Virus record (IMG/VR): IMGVR_UViG_3300020171_000025
Coordinates: 245-64,244 of that record
Direction: 5' to 3' (one strand)
From: a virus
Lineage: Duplodnaviria; Caudoviricetes
Length of the DNA stretch: 64,000 nucleotides
Part shown: piece after piece, positions 59,401 to 64,000 of the stretch
Numbering within the stretch: position 1 is the stretch's first letter
Layout: every line of letters starts with the position of its first letter
Notes under the pieces: generated by a model
What the model saw: the letters and a program-made list of their open reading frames with translations, nothing else
What the model was told of the DNA's origin: nothing
Databases searched by the model: none
Translations under genes and position numbers: made by a program

Positions 59401-62400
59401 AATACAGCCATCCCATCTGATTCGGTAACGGCTTCTCCCCCCTGCAAATTAACACCCTCTTTGGATGCTTGTTGAATTATCTTGTCACGAAATTCTTGAG
59501 TAAGCGGTTTCTCCCACTCCAGAAACGTATATTCCCCTGGCCTCTTCCCCTTGTGGATGGTGGCTTGGTAGAGGTTGGGGCGTGTATATGTATCTCCCTG
59601 AATGTGTTTTATTGCTTCATCAACTTGTTTGGAAAAATCTGGTATATTCGGTGATAATTTTTTACGGCTTAATAATTCTTTCAGTGCACTTTCCTTATTT
59701 CCTCCTGTTGCTTCCATAACTCGTCCAGCCATGTCTGCACTTGAGGTTCCGGCTGGATACCCCAACTTCTTTGCATACGCTTGTGCCACTTCAGGACTTT
59801 CCGTCACATAATGCCCATACCCGAATGCCTGTGCACCTTCACCTGTACCTATGGCCTCATTGGTAAACTTGTCAAATTTGTAAGGTGAACCGTGATAGAC
59901 GGGGCCGACTTGTAAGGAAGTCTCCCTTGCCATCCCCTTCAACTGCTCACTTTCCCCTTCAACGGTCCTCCCTTCCGTCCAGTCGGAAACCAATGGGGCT
60001 ACCTGTTTACGGAGTCCCTCAATCTTTTTCTCCCTTGCTTCGTACTGTGCCCGGTATTCCCCGACCATCCCCTTTCCGAATATCTCCTCAGCCGAAGTGA
60101 ACCCTAATCCCTTGACGTAATTTTTTACCTTACGGAAGAAATCTATAACCTTGTCGAATACCGTCCTGACCATCTTAGGAAGGGGTGACTTCTTTCCCAA
60201 CCCCTCCTGTGCAAGATAGTATTTGGCGAAGGCATCAGATATGGCCTCCTGATCGTTCTTGAAATGCTCATTCAGGAGCGTTAATTCCTGTTCCTTGCCC
60301 ATGATCTCAAGGAGTTTATAAATCCCGTGTCCCCCTTCATGCCCGATAACCTGTTTGACATTGGGAGCATTTAGGGCAATATCCACTATGCTGTAAAATC
60401 TGGTAGGGGTGAGGTAAATCGGGACGTGACGGCCTTCTATCGTAAACAGACCATTCTTGATCTGATCTTCAGGGATACCCTGTTTCCTAAGTGCCTCTTT
60501 AACGTTAGGGTCGTTCAGGTCTATTTGTAGAGTATCGTGAAATCTGACCTTACTTCCAGGGGCCATAAAGGATATGATCTTCTCGGCGTGTTGGGTGAGT
60601 TGTTCGACGGTAAGGGGTTCGCCTTGTATCCCCACTCCCTTTTTGTATCTTATGTCGGGATCTTCTTTATCAAATGTGCCGATGTTCAAGGTAGCAGATT
60701 TTATTTGGGTCGGTTCAAATACAGCATAGACAGTTGATTGAGTATCACCATCAATAATGTTTTTAATGATAACTCCATCGTGTCCATCTGCCAGTGCTTT
60801 CTTGGACCAATAGCTTGGCCCATTTTGGGTTTCTGAAAACTGTTCATTAGTCACAACCAACGGGTTGTCCATCTTAAGAAATACAGATTTTACATACGGG
60901 CCAAACCATCCGGCAGCATGTTTCTTGTCCGAAAACCAGAAGGCTTGAGATTCAACGCCAGTCAATGCCCCTATTTTTTCGGGTTTAAATTCTGTTAATT
61001 TTTTGGCTTCCGTCCCATGATAAACGACTAACGGCTTTCCGTTCTTATGGACAACCTTACTATCTCCAAACCATTCCTTAAATGCAGGTGTCTCAGTCTG
61101 TGAGGCAACCTTATACCGTGTCTCCTCCTCAGGTGTCATCTGAAAGGACTTACCGGAAATGGTGGACTGATACCGTGGACTCTTCGGGTCCATCACATTC
61201 CAGAGGTGCATGGCCTCATTGGAAAGTGGTTTAAATGACTGTACCCCGACATATTCAAGATCGGAAGGTTTTACACCGGCCTTCTGTGCGACGAACTTGG
61301 CATCTTCAACAAGGGCAGAATCTTTTGACCAGTCGGTAGGGGCAAGTTTAAATTGGGGTTCTCCCTTTCCTTCATGGGATTTAAGATTTGAAACAGGATA
61401 CCAATTATTGTCTTCACCAAGATATTCTAATTTATCTATCGAGACAGGTTTGATACTATAAATATCTCCAGTCGATTCTTTTTGTAATTCTTGTCCCTTT
61501 GTCCTAATGACAACGGGTCTTCCCTCTTCTGGTGCAAATTGCCAAACGATATTGGCCTGGTTACTGAAATATGCCCGTTTTTGTGTAGAACCATCGGGCC
61601 ACACATCTTGATCTGTAAATTCATGCGGTCTGTGAGTTCGCAGTTTTCCAGTATCAACTATTTCAGATAATCTTTCTTCGTTGGTCGCATGGTAAACATA
61701 ATCCGGTTCTGATTGAATTTCTTTCGTGAGTGTTTTAGCATTAACTATTTTCGGTATGTCCTTACCAGGTTCTTCGGTAGGGGACAACTTGAATTGGGGT
61801 TCGCCTTCAGGGGACGGTTGCTTCCCTTCCCCCAACGATTCCTTGACGGGTGGGGGTTCTTTCCGTTCCCATTCCGGTATACCGTGACGTGGATTTCCTT
61901 CAACGTCAACAAATATGACATCTACCCTAATAGGTGATTTCTCTTGTACTTTAGCAAGTATCCCCTCGGCCTCTGCTATCAATGCGGGAGATAATGGTTT
62001 CTTAGCCGAAATTGTAATGTCTAAGTCATGTTTACTTTCACCTCTACGCCAAACACCACCAGACAAATCGACACTATCTATGTGTTCTAAATTGTCTGTT
62101 TTTACATAGGTAGCGTTCCCTCTTTTCTTAACTTCTCCAAGTATTCCTAATGCCTCAATAGCTTGATCTCGATTAATAGATGGTATGCCCTCAGAAACAC
62201 CAGCCCCAGTCTGGAGAGTGGGAGGCTTGGGGGCTTTCTCTCCGGGGGGCGTGACCGGGACTGGTGTTATCGTTTCGGGTACAACCGTACCCGTTTCTGC
62301 TACAGGTTTCCCTCTTCCAAACTTATCAGCATTCCTTCTCCACCATTCGGCGGCCTGCTCTTCCGTAAATGATTTCTTCTTAAACCGAACGGCCTGTACC

Positions 62401-63977
62401 TCTTTCTTCCCGTCCTTAGTAGTACCTATGACGTACTGGATACCCGGTTCAACAGGTAATCCCATCCCCGCCATTTTCTTAGCAGATAATTTATTGTCTG
62501 TTTGATAATTGCTAACTTTCTCGTATAAATCACGGGGTGCAAGAGTCCACCAACCGTCAGTTTTTGTACTCTTCGGGTCAAAGGCGAATGGACGTTCCCC
62601 GCCAGTTTTCCACGTTTCTTGCCATTGGGTTGATCTGTCCTCTTCTCCTATAAACGGTAGTCCACCTTCCATTTCCTCTTGTTGTCCGAATCCCATGTAC
62701 TCCATCTGGGGACCGGGTTCAAAACTGGCCTGATGTTCCTCAAGTGTCCTGTCAATATTTATAGACAGACCATTATTGACTTCGACTTTCGCTAATGTAT
62801 CCCATTGGTTGGCAAGTTCCCTGAATTGCCTGAACGCTTCTGGGTCGGTCTTGACATTGGCCTTGGCTTCCTGTTCCAGACCGCTCTTGACGTACTCCAC
62901 AGCATTAAGACGGTCTTGAATAGGTGTCTGGGGATTGGTCAGGGAGTTGTAGATACCCCTCCGTTGCATCCCATGTATACCCTTAGCACCTATCGCATAG
63001 AGTAGGGTCATACCTATAGATGGACCGATGGCCTCTTTTGCGGCTTCCCACGGTGTTCCCTCTACGGGTATCCCTGCCTTCTGCCTTAGTGCCAGTTCTG
63101 AGGCATTCTGAATCATCTCGGTAGTGATTTCTACGGGCATCTGTTTGAGAGCACCCTTAGCCATAGTTCCAAGAGGTATCTTGAGGGCTTCGCGGATGGT
63201 ATTCTTGAGGGGTTGAGTTAATGTCTTACCGGTTAATCCAAGGAATCTACCAGCGATTATATCGGCAGCACCCTCGAATCCTCCTTCCACCATGCCGGAT
63301 GCTATGGCAAGGGGTTTTACGTCCTCTTCTTTCAGCCCTGCCGCTTTCCCTTCCTGCATGAATCGATCGTACTCGGACATAAAGAAAGCTGGAATAGCAC
63401 CCGCAGCAAAACCGATAAGACCACCGAGGGCTGTACCGTAACCAGGGCCGAACAGGGTTCCTACTTTTGCTCCTAATATGGCACCAGGAATACCTGCCGC
63501 CATAGATGGACCCATAGATTGAAGTGTGCCAGCCGCAGCCGTTCTCAGTGTAGATCCCCCTGCCGCTTCAGGAGATGGTTTTAATGCTTCGCTCTGGCTT
63601 AATTTCTCCGTAGCCTCTATGATTTGGGTTCCTATCCCTTCAGGTTTATAGGCAGACTCAAAGGGGCTTAACGTTCTAATCCCTCTCCCTGCCATTTGGC
63701 CTATGTCAACCAGTCCTCTACCTGTAGCCGTTGCGAGATCCCCTAACCATCCCCTTTCAGGTAAGGGTGCAGAAGGTTGTGGTGCAACAGGAGTGAGTAC
63801 CGACCACCGGGAAGGTTCGGTAGGGATTTGGGGGATAGTGGCAGGCGTAACCTCAAACGGGTCGGGGAAGTCCAGTTTGATCTTAGGAGTAAAGGCTTTT
63901 TCTGTCTGATACGGAGAACCTTCACTAACAGGAGCGTTGATTTCCTCAAATGGATCGGGAAAATCTAACTTAATCAT
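56445..63977 (-). CDS. Large polyvalent (probably ejected) protein, 2510 aa
   Basis: Gly/Ala-rich hydrophobic N-terminal region; NTase-like LSGG..DLDI..VDV; three ART-like blocks (YHAT, VYHGT, VYHGS); HEGGH zincin motif; C-terminal helical region with LGFRP. Confidence 0.85.
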   Translation of the reverse strand: MIKLDFPDPFEEINAPVSEGSPYQTEKAFTPKIKLDFPDPFEVTPATIPQIPTEPSRWSVLTPVAPQPSAPLPERGWLGDLATATGRGLVDIGQMAGRGIRTLSPFESAYKPEGIGTQIIEATEKLSQSEALKPSPEAAGGSTLRTAAAGTLQSMGPSMAAGIPGAILGAKVGTLFGPGYGTALGGLIGFAAGAIPAFFMSEYDRFMQEGKAAGLKEEDVKPLAIASGMVEGGFEGAADIIAGRFLGLTGKTLTQPLKNTIREALKIPLGTMAKGALKQMPVEITTEMIQNASELALRQKAGIPVEGTPWEAAKEAIGPSIGMTLLYAIGAKGIHGMQRRGIYNSLTNPQTPIQDRLNAVEYVKSGLEQEAKANVKTDPEAFRQFRELANQWDTLAKVEVNNGLSINIDRTLEEHQASFEPGPQMEYMGFGQQEEMEGGLPFIGEEDRSTQWQETWKTGGERPFAFDPKSTKTDGWWTLAPRDLYEKVSNYQTDNKLSAKKMAGMGLPVEPGIQYVIGTTKDGKKEVQAVRFKKKSFTEEQAAEWWRRNADKFGRGKPVAETGTVVPETITPVPVTPPGEKAPKPPTLQTGAGVSEGIPSINRDQAIEALGILGEVKKRGNATYVKTDNLEHIDSVDLSGGVWRRGESKHDLDITISAKKPLSPALIAEAEGILAKVQEKSPIRVDVIFVDVEGNPRHGIPEWERKEPPPVKESLGEGKQPSPEGEPQFKLSPTEEPGKDIPKIVNAKTLTKEIQSEPDYVYHATNEERLSEIVDTGKLRTHRPHEFTDQDVWPDGSTQKRAYFSNQANIVWQFAPEEGRPVVIRTKGQELQKESTGDIYSIKPVSIDKLEYLGEDNNWYPVSNLKSHEGKGEPQFKLAPTDWSKDSALVEDAKFVAQKAGVKPSDLEYVGVQSFKPLSNEAMHLWNVMDPKSPRYQSTISGKSFQMTPEEETRYKVASQTETPAFKEWFGDSKVVHKNGKPLVVYHGTEAKKLTEFKPEKIGALTGVESQAFWFSDKKHAAGWFGPYVKSVFLKMDNPLVVTNEQFSETQNGPSYWSKKALADGHDGVIIKNIIDGDTQSTVYAVFEPTQIKSATLNIGTFDKEDPDIRYKKGVGIQGEPLTVEQLTQHAEKIISFMAPGSKVRFHDTLQIDLNDPNVKEALRKQGIPEDQIKNGLFTIEGRHVPIYLTPTRFYSIVDIALNAPNVKQVIGHEGGHGIYKLLEIMGKEQELTLLNEHFKNDQEAISDAFAKYYLAQEGLGKKSPLPKMVRTVFDKVIDFFRKVKNYVKGLGFTSAEEIFGKGMVGEYRAQYEAREKKIEGLRKQVAPLVSDWTEGRTVEGESEQLKGMARETSLQVGPVYHGSPYKFDKFTNEAIGTGEGAQAFGYGHYVTESPEVAQAYAKKLGYPAGTSSADMAGRVMEATGGNKESALKELLSRKKLSPNIPDFSKQVDEAIKHIQGDTYTRPNLYQATIHKGKRPGEYTFLEWEKPLTQEFRDKIIQQASKEGVNLQGGEAVTESDGMAVFAKGIDDIKTVGGLYDYLTNRVGGYTPAGKKETSAFLQRAGISGIKYPVGSLSGMKETGKYNYVVFNPEDITIEKIGDKPIEEVFKKYSSDPEQFKLSKAEESEIHSLDSPFSGLSQFKIRFNTGIKEKDLGKIERTTSLPFWIGQKFPAFKKIFDREWNRRGDREEMAHDFFKQVEPFTNLSRGSSDRVLKVLQTGDADAKVYTEQELRSIHHLNNAEAKGYLATRSALDNALSKMLAQAEEMTLKPYEGKPFYQEMQSLINAPSKERAGEWKTAEANLTPKDFKELQLAWTALKEAPNTIRELRQEFGRQKGYFPRERGRGEYVIRVRDTEGTVVWSERTDDLLKIRQKMQANDIKDRLERKYQPKGYSVELKPEKAIPETIYGEISDVSIQRFMDKALQKVEARGEITGEDAETLRDSLLEVLSDQLKVRGFGERMVGRIRNEKGDVIGGYKTENGKELIANYINGMAGFLTKQKAAYDFMQLLKEIPITGETAQTELYDYAKTYIRDMLRNSTTADRLSSWGSSMMFGWYITGRVAAGAINATQSFTTTIPGISRESGKNPEAIVAKAGKDVAFSRLSKEEKAMLDHLISRGDTSAKYVKEQIGVITNSPIGNFYQKALEILSLPFSAVEIFNRKTAALSMYRVARREQGLSHEEATQKAQDFILQTQFAYGKANAPELMRSGGTIGGVARAFYTFRSFNHNFIIGLVKALGTDAEGKRHIAVFGRSLAYVALFGGLTALPFIDDLLDQLEKVTGVPFRTKMRKSLKGTGGEILEKFGMTGLPALIGYDLSGSLRIGLPKASLKGMEENIYGVYGGMITKADNAIAALSRGDYLRAIESAAPLGLENVMKARRMATEGMTTPRGKLIYDEQGKPVTLTTGEAIGQTLGFRPERTSSLAQEKRVESNVDLHYRDKRDSLYSRYRMAKTVEDRQKILKEVQRYNVEVMKYKGAIPRITAESLRKSFVPKQKTSERRWFNALQE

Positions 63978-64000
63978 TTAGAACCCCTCGCCATCCTCTC

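Noticed and set aside
56537-63968. Plus-strand ORFs antisense to the giant gene, and similar shadow ORFs across the window
   Set aside because: They overlap well-supported genes on the opposite strand or frame and show no recognisable motifs.
1-64000. Stop-codon reassignment
   Set aside because: Long genes are intact in the standard code and TAA, TAG and TGA all end genes; the TAG in the capsid gene is explained by the intron.

Overview
64 kb of a tailed dsDNA phage with podovirus-like gene content; both window edges fall inside the structural region. No integrase, CRISPR array or convincing tRNA was found. Layout: (1) 1-25.9 kb, minus strand: virion and packaging genes (TerS, TerL, portal, fibre-like proteins, scaffold, major capsid protein, head-tail and tail proteins, a GT2-methyltransferase fusion). 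(2) 25.9-27.3 kb: mostly non-coding divergence region with a dif-like XerCD site and sigma54-type motifs. (3) 27.3-30.6 kb, plus strand: small early-type genes, including a complete hammerhead ribozyme. (4) 30.6-35.5 kb, minus strand: replication genes (initiator, DnaB/RecA-type helicase, RNA ligase, RuvC-like resolvase). (5) 35.7-46.9 kb, plus strand: recombination and accessory genes (HNH, SSAP + exonuclease, DUF5131, radical SAM, GH130, an array of shuffled small paralogs). (6) 46.9-64 kb, minus strand: metallophosphoesterase, lysis genes, DNA MTase, a secreted CxxCH-ClpP-like protein and a 2510-aa polyvalent protein. Main points of interest: the capsid gene is split by a group I intron carrying a LAGLIDADG endonuclease; two stand-alone, diverged fragments of the capsid protein sit elsewhere in the packaging region, one between duplicated copies of the terL 3' end; a ClpP-fold protein carries a signal peptide and heme-c motif; several genes are bounded by short direct repeats. 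All protein calls come from motifs recognised by eye, not from database searches.
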